From assembly GCA_049968315.1 (NCBI GenBank), contig JBMFRA010000007.1:4025-68024 (forward strand): a stretch of DNA of 64,000 bases, given 5' to 3'. Source of the DNA: Acidobacteriota bacterium. Lineage in GTDB: Bacteria > Acidobacteriota > UBA4820 > DSQY01. Both the position numbers and the translations under genes were made by a program. Shown one piece after another: positions 9,738 to 19,928 of this stretch (within the stretch, counting starts at the first letter, position 1; every line of letters begins with the position of its first letter). The notes beneath the pieces are model-generated. The model searched no databases. It saw only the letters and a list, made by a program, of their open reading frames with translations, and had not been told where the DNA came from.

Positions 9738-10873
9738 CGGAGCCGGTCGGCGGTGGGGATGTGGACGATCTGGGCCCCCACCCCGAAGCGGCCGTCGCCG
9801 TCCCGCTGGCACCGCACCACCTTGGCCTTGCAACGGACGCGGGTGGTGCCCTCCTCGCCGGGGATGGCCAGGTCCAGGTCCACCGTCTGGCCTGCCACCA
9901 GTTCCACCGCCGAGTAGAAGAAGAGGCCCGAACAGCTGAGGTCCTTCCCCGAGAGGGGGACCGGTTCCCCCCGGCCGTCGGCCAGGGTGCCCGAGAAATC
10001 CTTGGGGATGCGGAGGTACCCCCGCCGCTCGTAGGAGTAGGGGACGGCGCGGTTCTTTCCCAGGGACTTGGCCTGGTACATGGCCGAATCGGCGTGCTGG
10101 ATCAGCTCCTCGGCGTCGGCGGCGTCGCTGGGGAAGGCGGCGACCCCCGCGCTCACCGTGAGCACGCCGAAGGGCGAGGGGGCGGGGATCCGCTGCCGTT
10201 CCACGGTCTGGACGATCCGGTTGGCCACGGCGAGCCCCCCCATCTTGTCGGTGGAGGGAAGGAGGACGGTGAACTCCTCGCCGCCGTAGCGGCAGGGCAG
10301 GTCCATGTCCCGCACACACTCTCCCAGAGTGCGGGCGACGGTTCGGAGGGCCTCGTTTCCGGCCTCGTGGCCCAGCTGGTCGTTGAAAGACTTGAAGTGG
10401 TCCACGTCGAGGAAGACGAGGCTCAGGGGGGAGTTGCTCCGGCGGGCGATGCCGAGCTCCCGCGGGAGGACTTCGTTGAGGTACCGGAGGTTGTAGAGGC
10501 CCGTGAGCGGGTCCTTCAGGATGCCCTGTTCCGTCTGGCGGTAGATCCGGATGTCGATGACGGCGGGGTTTTGGATCCTGGGAGCCTCGTGGACGAAGTA
10601 ATCGGCGGCCCCCACCCGGTAGTCCACCGGCCGCCGGAGGGCTTCCCGAAGGGTTTGGGTGTGTTGGAGGATCTGGAGCCAGTGGCCGCGGGCCTCTTCG
10701 GCGCCGAGGTCCACGTGGCAGATGAGGTGGAGGAACCGGGCGTAGACCTCCTTGCCGAACCGGCCTTCCAGCTCCCGGAGCCGGGCGTCCACCCCGAAGG
10801 GGTCGGGGGCGGATTCCAGGACCAGCGTCAAAAGCTCCTCCTCCTGGGACTTCCAGGCGGCGATCTCCACCAT
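9704..10873 (-). CDS. diguanylate cyclase (GGEEF, RxxD I-site) with C-terminal PilZ domain
   Basis: GGDEF domain (GLYNLRYL, FLDVDHFKSFND, RDMD-LPCRY-GGEEF) followed by PilZ motifs RGYLR (RxxxR) and DLSCSG (DxSxxG). Start chosen at ATG 10873, 6 nt after SD GGGAGG; alternatives are 10879 and 10909. Confidence 0.88.
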   Translation of the reverse strand: MVEIAAWKSQEEELLTLVLESAPDPFGVDARLRELEGRFGKEVYARFLHLICHVDLGAEEARGHWLQILQHTQTLREALRRPVDYRVGAADYFVHEAPRIQNPAVIDIRIYRQTEQGILKDPLTGLYNLRYLNEVLPRELGIARRSNSPLSLVFLDVDHFKSFNDQLGHEAGNEALRTVARTLGECVRDMDLPCRYGGEEFTVLLPSTDKMGGLAVANRIVQTVERQRIPAPSPFGVLTVSAGVAAFPSDAADAEELIQHADSAMYQAKSLGKNRAVPYSYERRGYLRIPKDFSGTLADGRGEPVPLSGKDLSCSGLFFYSAVELVAGQTVDLDLAIPGEEGTTRVRCKAKVVRCQRDGDGRFGVGAQIVHIPTADRLRYFKAASPSGL

Positions 10874-10996
10874 CTCCATCCCTCCCGTGTCGCAGGATCC
10901 CCCGTGCACCCCCGCGGAGAACTCCCCCGCGGAGCGAAGCCATCGAATCCTCTTGGGGATAGGCTACACCAACGAAGGCCGGAAGGAAAGGGGAGG

Positions 10997-11440
10997 CTAC
11001 CCTTCGGCGGAGAGGCGGAGGCGGCGGATCCGCAACGCCAGGACTCCTCCGGCCAGGAGAAAGAAGAGCACGTCCCGGAGGAAGGCCAGGGCGACCGAGG
11101 CGTTGCCCTTGCCGTGGCCGAAGCACCCGCAGTCGATGTCCAGGCCCCGGGCCCACGCCTGGCCCAGGGCGCCGAGGAAGAGGAGGAGGAGCAGGTTCGC
11201 CAGGAGAAGCCCCCCCTCGGCGGCGAAGCCGGTGAGGAGGGCCAGAGCGCCCACCGCTTCGATCCAGGGGAGAAGAACCGCCACCACGTTCACGGCGGCG
11301 TCCGGCAGGAGGGCGTAGTGGGCCACGTCCTCCGCGAAGCCAGAGGGGTCGAGGATCTTGGGGACGGCGGCGAAGAGGAAGATCGCCGCCAGGCCAAAGC
11401 GCCCAAGCCGTTCCAGCCAGGTGGTGGTCCGGAGCCCCAT
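10997..11440 (-). CDS. MauE/DoxX family redox-associated membrane protein
   Basis: 147 aa with four TM helices and a DCGCFG motif near the C-terminus. 1 nt downstream of the rhodanese gene. Confidence 0.75.
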   Translation of the reverse strand: MGLRTTTWLERLGRFGLAAIFLFAAVPKILDPSGFAEDVAHYALLPDAAVNVVAVLLPWIEAVGALALLTGFAAEGGLLLANLLLLLFLGALGQAWARGLDIDCGCFGHGKGNASVALAFLRDVLFFLLAGGVLALRIRRLRLSAEG

Positions 11441-11441
11441 T

Positions 11442-11921
11442 TCACTCGCCGGATCCCGGTTGGATGGGAAGCTTGGCCCGCATCCAGCCCGGAAGGCCGT
11501 CGGCGAAGACGGCGAGGGACGAATCCTTGAAGCCCCGTTCCTGGAGTTTGGAGGCCACCTCTTCCGAGGTGCCGCAGGAGCCGCCGGAGCAGTAAACGAT
11601 GATGAGGGAGGCCCCGCGGAGGCGCTTGGCCACCTTGGGGAAGGCCGGGTCGAAGGCGTCGGCGGGCAGGTTGAGGGCGCCGGGGATGTGGCCCAGGGCG
11701 TACTCTTCCGGCGACCGGGCGTCCACGAGGATCGTCCCCGGCTGGTCCAGGTAGTACCGGACCTCGTCGAGGGTCACCATCCGGATCCCCTTCTGGGCCA
11801 TCCGGGCCTCCTTGCCCCCCGTGAGGGGAAGGCCCATGGGCGACAGGGTGTTGAAGAGGAGCCCCAGGGCGGCACCCGCCGCCACCAGTCCCACCATCTG
11901 CAGAAGGCCTTTGCGCACCAT
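11442..11921 (-). CDS. rhodanese-like domain protein with N-terminal membrane anchor
   Basis: Rhodanese fold (LVDARSPEEYALGHIPGALNLP) with active-site loop VYCSGGSCGTS. ATG 11921 has SD GGAGAGG 6 nt upstream; the track start, TTG 11936, is possible. Confidence 0.85.
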   Translation of the reverse strand: MVRKGLLQMVGLVAAGAALGLLFNTLSPMGLPLTGGKEARMAQKGIRMVTLDEVRYYLDQPGTILVDARSPEEYALGHIPGALNLPADAFDPAFPKVAKRLRGASLIIVYCSGGSCGTSEEVASKLQERGFKDSSLAVFADGLPGWMRAKLPIQPGSGE

Positions 11922-11986
11922 CGCCAACCTCTCCAAAGGACAGCATACCCTCGAAGCGCCCCCCCGACAAGCACCCTCCCTGAAAC

Positions 11987-12016
11987 GTCACCGGGTGCAT
12001 GTTTCATGCATGTGAC
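11987..12016. promoter_or_regulatory. imperfect inverted repeat in a divergent control region
   Basis: GTCAC-CGGG-TGCATG-TTT-CATGCA-T-GTGAC. The inner 6-bp arms are perfect and the outer 5-bp arms are offset by a bulge. It lies 40-70 nt upstream of the sigma-54 element at 12056. Confidence 0.35.
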
Positions 12017-12055
12017 GGAAGCGGCGGGCAGGCGAGGCCCGGAAGGGCCTGAATC

Positions 12056-12071
12056 TGGCATCCCCGTTGCA
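12056..12071 (+). promoter_or_regulatory. sigma-54 type -24/-12 promoter element
   Basis: TGGCAT-CCCCG-TTGCA with GG-N10-GC spacing. It is intergenic, 42 nt upstream of GTG 12113, which has SD GGAGGTG. Confidence 0.5.
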
Positions 12072-12112
12072 ATCGTGGCGCCGGCCCCGGCGGAAGGGCC
12101 CGGAGGTGAACG

Positions 12113-13240
12113 GTGGGAGAAGGAGCGGCGCTGGACCGGGGAGGGGCCAAGCTGGAGGCGCTGGCCGCCGGCCTCTACTCCCGGGAAGAGCCGGTTCTGT
12201 CGGGTCTCGCTCTTCCCGACCCCGGCGGCTGGAGGGAGCGCCTCCCCTTCCTCGTGAAGTACGCCATTCAATCGGGAGACGGTGAGGGGAAGGGGCGGCT
12301 CCTCGAGCTTCTTAGGCGAATGGCCGACTCTCCCCTCTACGACGCCGAAGAGGGCGGCTTTTTCGAGGCGAAGGACGACACCCGAAAGGCGCTCTCCACC
12401 AACGCCGCCTGGATGCTGGCGGCCCTGCGGCTCCACCTGGTCACCGGGGACCGCCTCTGCCTCGGCCTGGCCCGGGGGATCCTCCGCTTTCTCCATTCCC
12501 GCCTGCGGCTCCCCGGAGGGGGCTTCGGCGCCGGGCAGGCACCGGACGGGGCCTACCACCGCCTCAGCGCCCGGGAGCGGGCCCTCGTCGCCCCGCCGGC
12601 GGTGGAGCCCTGCGGGGACGGACTTTCCTGCTTCATCGCCGCCCAGGCCTTCGCCAAGGCCGGCGGGGTCCTGGGGGAACCGGCCTACCTGGCCATCGCC
12701 CGCAGGTCCCTGGAGGCGGGGGAGGGCGGCGCCCCCCCCGAGGCCCCCCTCCGCTGGTGGGTGGAACGGGGGGCGGCCCGTCTGGCCCTCTACCACGGAG
12801 GCCTGGAGGAGGAAGACCTGAAACCGGTCCGGGAGATCGCCGGGCGGATCGCCGCAGCGTCCCTTGGGGGAACGGCCTCCACCCGGGACCGGAGCCGGTG
12901 CGCCCGTTTCCTGCTCCTCGCCTCCATCCAGTTTCAGGAGGAGCGGTGGGAGGCCGCCGGCCGGGAGCTGGTGGCCTCCCTGCTCCTCGGGTCCCCGGAG
13001 GAGGAGGGAACCCCCGAGGTTCTGGGAAACGCCCTGCTCTCGGTGGTCTATCCCCCGGCGGTCTTCACCGCCGTCACCGACGGCTCCCCCCGCCAAAAGG
13101 AGCGCGTCCTGGACGCCCTCCGGCGCTTTCGCACCCCCTACGCCCTCGTGGTCCACCGCCCGCCCTCCGCGGCGGAATCCATGCAAGCCCTCCCGCGCCT
13201 CTACGGCCTCTGCGGGGGGGCGACCCGGAGCCTCCTGTAG
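12113..13240 (+). CDS. YyaL/DUF255-like alpha-toroid domain protein lacking the N-terminal thioredoxin-like domain
   Basis: 375 aa. The segment [17 protein letters not shown]...[18 protein letters not shown]...[12 protein letters not shown] resembles the C-terminal six-hairpin part of thioredoxin-domain YyaL proteins. Assignment from memory only. Confidence 0.55.
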   Translation: MGEGAALDRGGAKLEALAAGLYSREEPVLSGLALPDPGGWRERLPFLVKYAIQSGDGEGKGRLLELLRRMADSPLYDAEEGGFFEAKDDTRKALSTNAAWMLAALRLHLVTGDRLCLGLARGILRFLHSRLRLPGGGFGAGQAPDGAYHRLSARERALVAPPAVEPCGDGLSCFIAAQAFAKAGGVLGEPAYLAIARRSLEAGEGGAPPEAPLRWWVERGAARLALYHGGLEEEDLKPVREIAGRIAAASLGGTASTRDRSRCARFLLLASIQFQEERWEAAGRELVASLLLGSPEEEGTPEVLGNALLSVVYPPAVFTAVTDGSPRQKERVLDALRRFRTPYALVVHRPPSAAESMQALPRLYGLCGGATRSLL

Positions 13241-13322
13241 GGCCGAGACCCTCACCCCCCCGGGGCTTGCGCGGGCCCACGGGTTTGTGGTACAAGGAGG
13301 CTTCGGGGACGGCCGGCGAAAT

Positions 13323-13399
13323 GCGCCCGTAGCTCAGCCGGATAGAGCGTCGGCCTTCGAAGCCGCAGGTCCCCCGTTCGAGTCGGGGCGGGCGCGCCA
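13323..13399 (+). tRNA. tRNA-Arg (anticodon TCG)
   Basis: Hand-folded cloverleaf: acceptor GCGCCCG/CGGGCGC, D stem GCTC/GAGC, anticodon loop CTTCGAA, T arm CCCCG-TTCGAGT-CGGGG, encoded CCA. Confidence 0.93.
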
Positions 13400-13476
13400 G
13401 TTCCCCGCCTCCCCCTCCCCCCGGCCCAATCCGATTCTCCGCCGGCGGGCGGGCGATTCCCGAGGAGAGAAACCGG

Positions 13477-13561
<85 letters not shown>

Positions 13562-13696
13562 GAGACGGGAAGAGTGCCCCTTCCGGGGAAAGGGGGAGGG
13601 GCTTCAGGTTCGGATGAGCAAAAGGGGCCCGGGGGGACGGCGGGGTCTCCCGCCGGCGGGTCCAAGGCTAAGGAACCCCCCCCAGTGGGAGCCGAG

Positions 13697-14980
13697 ATGG
13701 AGATCACCGAAAAAGCGCGGGAAGGGTGCCAGCGGACCTTCACGGTCACGATGGAATGGGAACGGGTCGCCCCCCACTACGAGGGCGTGGTCAAGGCCGT
13801 ACGAGGCCAAGCGCGCCTCCCCGGCTTCCGCCCGGGGAAGGCCCCGGCGGCGCTGGTGAAGGCGCGGTTCGCCGCCGAGATCCGGGAAGAGGTTCTGGAA
13901 CGGATCCTGCCGGAGGCGGCCCAGGAGACCCTCAAACAGTTCTCCCTGGACCCCGTGGTGGAACCGCGGGCGGCGGAGACGCACCTCGAGGAGGGCCAGC
14001 CCTTCACCTGCGAGCTGAAGGTCGAGGTGGCGCCGGAGTTCCCGGAGGTGACGGCCTCCGGCCTGGAGATCTCCTCCCCCAAGCCCGAGGTCAAGGAAGA
14101 GCAGGTGGAGAAGGTCCTGGCCTCGCTCCGGGAGCGGGCCGCCGTCATGAAGCCGGTGGAGGAGGCCGCCGAGGGGGATTACCTCGTTCTCTCCCAGAAG
14201 CGGGCGGGACAGGAGAAGGAGCAGGAGGTCTTCCACCGGGCCCTGCCGCAGAGCGACCATCCGGTGGAGCGGGTCCTGGCGGGGAAGAAGGCCGGCGAGA
14301 CCTTCCAACTCGAGGTGGAACCGCCGGCCACCGAAGAGGAAAGGAAGAAGGCCCCGCTGGCTCCGGGGAGGTACACCTTCACCGTGACCAAGGTCGTGAG
14401 GCGGGAGGTCCCGCCCCTGTCCGACGACTTCGCCAAGGACTTGGGAGCGGAGAGCCTCGAGGCCCTCAGGGCCCGGATCCGGGAAGACCTCACCGCCCAG
14501 GTCCAGCGGGAGGTGAAGGGCTTCCAGGAGAACCGCCTGCTGGAGAGCCTGCTGGAAAAGTACCCGGTGCCCCTGCCGCCGACCCTGGTGGAGCGCCAGC
14601 TCCGGGAGGACCTGGCGGAGCTGGCGGAGGAGTGGGAGCGGGAAGGCATGGGGGCCATGGTCCAGAAGGTGGATTGGAAGGAGATCGCCGATTCCCGCCG
14701 GCCCATCGCCCAGCGGAAGGTCGGGGCCTACTTCCTCCTCCGCCAGATGGCGGACCGGAAGGGGCTGGCGGCCACGGAGGAGGATGTGGACGCCTACTTC
14801 ACCGAGCTCGCCGCCGGCTCCCGCCTCACGCCCGAGACCCTCAAGGCGCGCTTCGCCAAGGAGGAGCGCCTGGACGAGGTCCGGGACCTCATCGCCCGCA
14901 AGAAGGCGCTGGACTTGCTTCTCCGCGAGGCTTCGGTTAGATTGGTGGAAGGGAAGCCTTCTCCCGAGGAGGAAGGGTAG
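13697..14980 (+). CDS. tig: trigger factor
   Basis: Ribosome-binding signature GFRPGKAP near the N-terminus. Length of about 427 aa, immediately upstream of clpP (TAGATG junction). Confidence 0.95.
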   Translation: MEITEKAREGCQRTFTVTMEWERVAPHYEGVVKAVRGQARLPGFRPGKAPAALVKARFAAEIREEVLERILPEAAQETLKQFSLDPVVEPRAAETHLEEGQPFTCELKVEVAPEFPEVTASGLEISSPKPEVKEEQVEKVLASLRERAAVMKPVEEAAEGDYLVLSQKRAGQEKEQEVFHRALPQSDHPVERVLAGKKAGETFQLEVEPPATEEERKKAPLAPGRYTFTVTKVVRREVPPLSDDFAKDLGAESLEALRARIREDLTAQVQREVKGFQENRLLESLLEKYPVPLPPTLVERQLREDLAELAEEWEREGMGAMVQKVDWKEIADSRRPIAQRKVGAYFLLRQMADRKGLAATEEDVDAYFTELAAGSRLTPETLKARFAKEERLDEVRDLIARKKALDLLLREASVRLVEGKPSPEEEG

Positions 14981-15574
14981 ATGCCCCTCATCCCCTTCGT
15001 GGTGGAACAGACCAACCGCGGGGAGCGCTCGTACGACATCTATTCGAGGCTCCTCAAGGACCACATCATCTTCGTCGGGGAGCCCATCGACGACCACCTG
15101 GCCAACCTGGTGATCGCCCAGCTCCTCTTCCTGGAGGCGGAGGACCCCACCCGGGACATCTGGCTGTACATCAACAGCCCCGGGGGCTACATCACGGCGG
15201 GCCTGGCCATCTACGACACCATGCAGTTCGTCAAGCCCGACATCAACACCGTCTGCATCGGGCAGGCCGCCTCCATGGGGGCCCTGCTCCTGGCGGCGGG
15301 GACCAAGGGGAAACGCTTCGCCCTGCCCAACGCCACCGTCATGATCCACCAGCCCTTGGGGGGTGCCGAGGGCCAGGCGACGGACGTGGAGATCCGCACC
15401 CGCCACCTCCTCGCCACCCGGGAGCGCCTCTACGAGATCCTCGCCCGCCACACGGGGAGGAGCCTGGAGGAGATCCGCCGGGACTGCGAGCGGGACAACT
15501 TCATGACCGCCGAGCAGGCGGTGGGTTACGGCCTCGTGGACAAGATCCTGATTCACCACGGGGCGGCGAAATAA
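14981..15574 (+). CDS. clpP: ATP-dependent Clp protease proteolytic subunit
   Basis: 197 aa with motifs [22 protein letters not shown] and MIHQPLGG. Confidence 0.97.
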   Translation: MPLIPFVVEQTNRGERSYDIYSRLLKDHIIFVGEPIDDHLANLVIAQLLFLEAEDPTRDIWLYINSPGGYITAGLAIYDTMQFVKPDINTVCIGQAASMGALLLAAGTKGKRFALPNATVMIHQPLGGAEGQATDVEIRTRHLLATRERLYEILARHTGRSLEEIRRDCERDNFMTAEQAVGYGLVDKILIHHGAAK

Positions 15575-15575
15575 T

Positions 15576-15591
15576 TGGCGCGCCGTTTGCA
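15576..15591 (+). promoter_or_regulatory. sigma-54-like -24/-12 element in the clpP-clpX spacer (weak call)
   Basis: TGGCGC-GCCGT-TTGCA with correct GG-N10-GC spacing and one mismatch in the -24 hexamer. 39 nt upstream of the clpX ATG. Confidence 0.3.
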
Positions 15592-15629
15592 TTCCAGCGG
15601 GGAGGGGAAGGCCCCCCGGAGGAAGCCCG

Positions 15630-16862
15630 ATGAGCCGATCGTACGGTGACAACGAACTCCGTTGCAGCTTCTGCAACAAGCCCCAGCGGGAGGTGAAGAA
15701 GCTCATTGCCGGGCCCAGCGTCTACATCTGCAACGAGTGCGTGGAAACCTGCAACGAGATCCTGGCGGAGGACGTGGAGAAGGAGGAGCGCGGCAAGAGC
15801 CCCCTTCCCAAGCCCCGGGAGATCAAGGCCTTCCTCGACGAGTACGTGGTGGGGCAGGAGGCGGCCAAGAAGCGGATCTCCGTGGCGGTCTACAACCACT
15901 ACCGGCGGACCCAGCCGGCGGCCCGCCGGGGCGACGTCGAAATCCAGAAGTCCAACATCCTGCTCATGGGACCCACGGGCACCGGCAAGACCCTGCTGGC
16001 CCAGACGCTGGCGAGGCTGCTCCGCGTCCCCTTCGCCATCGCCGACGCCACCACCCTCACCGAGGCGGGGTACGTGGGAGAGGACGTGGAGAACATCCTC
16101 CTCAAGCTCCTCCAGAACGCCGACGGGGACCGGGCGAGGGCCGAGCGGGGCATCGTCTACATCGACGAGATCGACAAGATCGCGAGAAAGGGCGACAACC
16201 CCTCCATCACCCGGGACGTCTCGGGGGAAGGGGTCCAGCAGGCCCTCCTCAAGATCCTCGAGGGGACCGTGGCCAACGTGCCGCCCCAGGGCGGGAGAAA
16301 ACACCCCCACCAGGAGTTCATCCAGATCGACACCACCAACATCCTCTTCATCTGCGGGGGAGCCTTCGTGGGGCTGGAGAAGATCGTGGAGCGGCGCCTC
16401 CACAAGTCCTCCATCGGGTACGGGGGGGTCCCCGAGGCGAAGGAGGCCGCCGGCACCGACCGGCTCCTGGCCCAGGTCCAGCCCCAGGACCTCATCAAGT
16501 ACGGGATGATCCCGGAATTCGTGGGCCGCGTGCCGGTGGTGGCCAGCCTCCAGGAACTGGACCTCAAAGCCCTGATGGTGATCCTCACCGAACCCCGAAA
16601 CGCCCTGGTGAAGCAGTACGAGAAGATCTTCGAAATGGAGGGGGTCAAGCTGACCTTTACCCAGGAGGCCGTGGAGGAGATCGCCCGGATGGCCATCAGC
16701 CGCGGGGTCGGGGCCCGGGGCCTCCGCATCATCATGGAAGACCTCATGCTCGACCTCATGTACGAGATCCCCTCCCAGAAGGCCATCAAAGAGGTGGTCA
16801 TCACCAAGGACGTGGTTCTCTCCAGCGCCAAGCCCATTATGCTGATGGAAAACGCGGGCTGA
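15630..16862 (+). CDS. clpX: ATP-dependent Clp protease ATP-binding subunit ClpX
   Basis: N-terminal zinc finger CSFCNK...CNEC, Walker A GPTGTGKT, and IYIDEIDKI. Confidence 0.97.
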   Translation: MSRSYGDNELRCSFCNKPQREVKKLIAGPSVYICNECVETCNEILAEDVEKEERGKSPLPKPREIKAFLDEYVVGQEAAKKRISVAVYNHYRRTQPAARRGDVEIQKSNILLMGPTGTGKTLLAQTLARLLRVPFAIADATTLTEAGYVGEDVENILLKLLQNADGDRARAERGIVYIDEIDKIARKGDNPSITRDVSGEGVQQALLKILEGTVANVPPQGGRKHPHQEFIQIDTTNILFICGGAFVGLEKIVERRLHKSSIGYGGVPEAKEAAGTDRLLAQVQPQDLIKYGMIPEFVGRVPVVASLQELDLKALMVILTEPRNALVKQYEKIFEMEGVKLTFTQEAVEEIARMAISRGVGARGLRIIMEDLMLDLMYEIPSQKAIKEVVITKDVVLSSAKPIMLMENAG

Positions 16863-16885
16863 TGCCCGCCAGAGAAGGAACACCC

Positions 16886-19294
16886 ATGGAATCCCCTTTT
16901 CCCCCCTCCCGGGCGGGAGCCCTCTCCCCCGTTTACCCCCTGATCACCCTCCGGGACTTGGTGATCCCGCCCCACTCCGTCCGCCCCTTCGTGGTGGGGC
17001 GGCCCTCCTCGGTGGCCTCGGCCACCGCGGCCTTGGAGGGGGACGGGCGCGTCTTTCTCCTTCTCCAGCGGGACCCCCTGAAGGAGGACCCCAAGCCCGA
17101 CGAGATGTACCGCGTGGGCGTGGTGGCCCACATCCTTCAGTCCCTCTCCCTTCCCAACGGTCACTTCAAGGTGGTGGTGGAGGGGCTCTTCCGGGGGGAG
17201 GTGGTGGACTTCCTCTTGGACGGCCCCGTCCACCACGTCTCCGTTCGGCCCCTGCCCGACGGGGAGGCCGGTGCCCGGGCCGAGTCCCTGGCCATGGACC
17301 TCCTCAGGCGCCTGGAGGCGGAGAAGGGGAAGACCCCCAACCTCTTCGGGGGCATGCCCCTCTCGGCGCTCAACCCCGAGGACCCGCCCCGCTTCGCCGA
17401 CCAGATCGTCTCGCTGCTCTCCTGCCCGGCGGAGATGAAGCAGAAGGTGCTGGAGGCCCTCGACGCCGCGGAACGGCTGGCCCTGGTGCGCAAGCTCTTC
17501 CTCGCGGAGGTGGCCCAGATCACCCTGGACCAGCAACTCAACCGGGAGGTGGAGAAGCAGATCGAGAAGACCCAGAAGGAGTACTTCCTCAACGAGAAGA
17601 TGAAGCTCATCCGGAAGGAGCTGGGGCGGGAGGACTCGGCCGGGGAGCTCGAGGAGCTCCGGGAGCGCATCGAGAAGGCCGGCATGCCCGAAGGGGCCAA
17701 AGAGCGGGCCCTCTCCGAGCTCAAGCGGCTGGAGGTGATGCCGCCGGTCTCCGCCGAGGCCACCGTCTCCCGTTCCTACATCGAGTGGCTCCTCAGCCTT
17801 CCCTGGAGCAAGGAGACCAAGGACCGCCTGGACATCCGGCGGGCGGAGAAGATCCTCGACGAGGACCACTACGGCCTGGAGAAGGTCAAGGAGCGGATCC
17901 TTGAGTTTCTTTCGGTCCGCCAGCTCACCAAGGACCCCAAGGGGAGCATCCTCTGCTTCGTGGGGCCCCCGGGGGTGGGCAAGACCAGCGTGGCCCGGTC
18001 CATCGCCAGGAGCATGGGGCGGGAGTTCGTCCGCCTCTCCCTGGGCGGTGTCCACGACGAGGCGGAGATCAAGGGCCACCGGAGGACCTACATCGGGGCC
18101 TTTCCGGGCCAGATCGTCCAGCTCATCAAGCGGGCCGGAAGCCGCAACCCCCTCTTCCTCCTCGACGAGATCGACAAACTGGGGGCCGACTACCGCGGCG
18201 ATCCGGCCTCGGCGCTCCTGGAGGTCCTGGACCCGGAGCAGAACCACGCCTTCCTCGACCACTACATTGACGTGCCCTTCGACCTGAGCCGGGTCTTCTT
18301 CCTCACCACCGCCAACGTGACCCATTCCATCCCGCCGGCCCTCCTGGACCGGCTGGAGGTCATCCCCTTCTCGGGGTACACCCTCCCGGAGAAGCGGGCC
18401 ATCGCCCAGGGCTACCTCGTTCCCAAGCAGACGAAGGCCCACGGCCTCCGAAAGGGGGAGGTCACCTTCACCGAGGAGGGTCTCACCTTCCTCATCGACG
18501 GCTACACCCGGGAGGCGGGGGTGAGAAACCTGGAGCGGGAGATCGCCTCCCTCTGCCGGAAGGTGGCCCACCGGGTGGTGAAGGAGCGGCGCCGGGCCAA
18601 GGAGGTCCTCACCCCCGAGCGCGTGGAGGCCCTTCTGGGCGTACCCCGCTTCAAGGAGCGGAAGATCCTCAAGGAGGACGAGGTCGGCGTGGCGGTGGGC
18701 CTGGCCTGGACCCAGGCCGGCGGCGACATCCTCCTCGTGGAGGCCAGCCTCATGCCCGGCAAGGGGAACCTCACCCTGACGGGACAGCTCGGCGACGTGA
18801 TGCAGGAGAGCGCCCGGGCGGCCTTCTCCTTCATCCGGGGCCAGTCCTCCCGGCTGGAGCTGAAGCCCTCCCTCCACGCGGAGAGCGACGTCCACGTCCA
18901 CGTTCCCGAAGGGGCCATCCCCAAGGACGGCCCCTCCGCCGGCGTGGCCCTGGCCGCCGCCATGGTCTCGGCCTTCACGGGGATTCCGGTGCGCCACGAC
19001 GTGGCCATGACCGGCGAGGTGACGCTGCGGGGGAAGGTCCTGCCGGTGGGGGGCCTCAAGGAGAAGATCCTGGCCGCCCGGCAGCACGACCTTTCCGAGG
19101 TGGTCCTTCCCGCCGAGAACCGGAAGGACCTGCTGGAGATCCCGGAGGACCTGCGCAAGGGGCTCCGCTTCACCCTCGTCCAGTCGCTGGAGGAGGTCTT
19201 TCGGGCGGTCCTGGCCGCCGACCCCTTCCAGAGGCGGGCCGTGCCCATGGTGATGGAGCATCCCGAGGGTGCCCGCCCCGAAAAGGCTCCGTGA
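16886..19294 (+). CDS. lon: endopeptidase La (Lon protease)
   Basis: Lon N-domain, Walker [10 protein letters not shown] and protease motif [12 protein letters not shown] 16886 has GAAGGA upstream; an alternative ATG at 16862 overlaps the clpX stop (TGATG). Confidence 0.96.
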   Translation: MESPFPPSRAGALSPVYPLITLRDLVIPPHSVRPFVVGRPSSVASATAALEGDGRVFLLLQRDPLKEDPKPDEMYRVGVVAHILQSLSLPNGHFKVVVEGLFRGEVVDFLLDGPVHHVSVRPLPDGEAGARAESLAMDLLRRLEAEKGKTPNLFGGMPLSALNPEDPPRFADQIVSLLSCPAEMKQKVLEALDAAERLALVRKLFLAEVAQITLDQQLNREVEKQIEKTQKEYFLNEKMKLIRKELGREDSAGELEELRERIEKAGMPEGAKERALSELKRLEVMPPVSAEATVSRSYIEWLLSLPWSKETKDRLDIRRAEKILDEDHYGLEKVKERILEFLSVRQLTKDPKGSILCFVGPPGVGKTSVARSIARSMGREFVRLSLGGVHDEAEIKGHRRTYIGAFPGQIVQLIKRAGSRNPLFLLDEIDKLGADYRGDPASALLEVLDPEQNHAFLDHYIDVPFDLSRVFFLTTANVTHSIPPALLDRLEVIPFSGYTLPEKRAIAQGYLVPKQTKAHGLRKGEVTFTEEGLTFLIDGYTREAGVRNLEREIASLCRKVAHRVVKERRRAKEVLTPERVEALLGVPRFKERKILKEDEVGVAVGLAWTQAGGDILLVEASLMPGKGNLTLTGQLGDVMQESARAAFSFIRGQSSRLELKPSLHAESDVHVHVPEGAIPKDGPSAGVALAAAMVSAFTGIPVRHDVAMTGEVTLRGKVLPVGGLKEKILAARQHDLSEVVLPAENRKDLLEIPEDLRKGLRFTLVQSLEEVFRAVLAADPFQRRAVPMVMEHPEGARPEKAP

Positions 19295-19337
19295 CGGGTC
19301 GCCAAGGCACCTTCGGCAGAAGAAGAGGGGGGAGAGG

Positions 19338-19928
19338 GTGAAAACGCCGGTGGTGGAGGTGGAGCGGGTCTGCACCGCCCCCTCCCAGCTGCCGCCGAGG
19401 AAGGGCCCCGAGGTGGCGGTGGTGGGGCGCTCCAACGTGGGGAAGTCCACGCTGGTCAACGCCCTGCTCAACCGGCCCGGCCTTCTCCGGACCAGCCGGA
19501 CGCCGGGCCGGACCCAGGCGGTGATCTTCGTGAGGGTGGGGGAGAAGGGGTACGTGGTAGACCTCCCGGGCTACGGGTACGCGAAGGTGCCGGAGAGTGT
19601 CCGGAGGTCCTGGGCGGGCCTGGTCAACGGCTACCTGGAGAGCCGCCGCGGCCAGACGGCCCTTCTGTTGGTCGACGTGAGACGGGAACCGGGCGAAGAC
19701 GAACGACAGCTCATGGAATGGTTCAGGAGGTACGAATGGACCGTACAGGTGGTCCTGACGAAGTCGGACAAACTCCCCAGGGGAAAGAGAACGGCGGCGG
19801 AGCGGAACGCGGCGAAGGCGCTCGGGCTGGAAACGGGCAGGGAGCCGCTCCTGTTCTCGGCGGTAACGGGGGAAGGCCTCAAGGCCCTCCGCGCCATCGT
19901 GGAAAGGAGCATGGAGCCCCGAACATGA
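19338..19928 (+). CDS. engB: ribosome biogenesis GTP-binding protein YihA/EngB
   Basis: G1 motif [17 protein letters not shown] and TKSDK. GTG 19338 follows SD GGGGAGAGG; the track start 19269 would overlap lon. Confidence 0.9.
   Translation: MKTPVVEVERVCTAPSQLPPRKGPEVAVVGRSNVGKSTLVNALLNRPGLLRTSRTPGRTQAVIFVRVGEKGYVVDLPGYGYAKVPESVRRSWAGLVNGYLESRRGQTALLLVDVRREPGEDERQLMEWFRRYEWTVQVVLTKSDKLPRGKRTAAERNAAKALGLETGREPLLFSAVTGEGLKALRAIVERSMEPRT

Noticed and set aside
16157-19471. 1104-aa ORF antisense to clpX/lon
   Set aside because: It is R/G/P/H/L-rich low-complexity sequence with no motifs. It mirrors genes with unmistakable ClpX and Lon signatures. Long open shadow frames are expected at this GC content.
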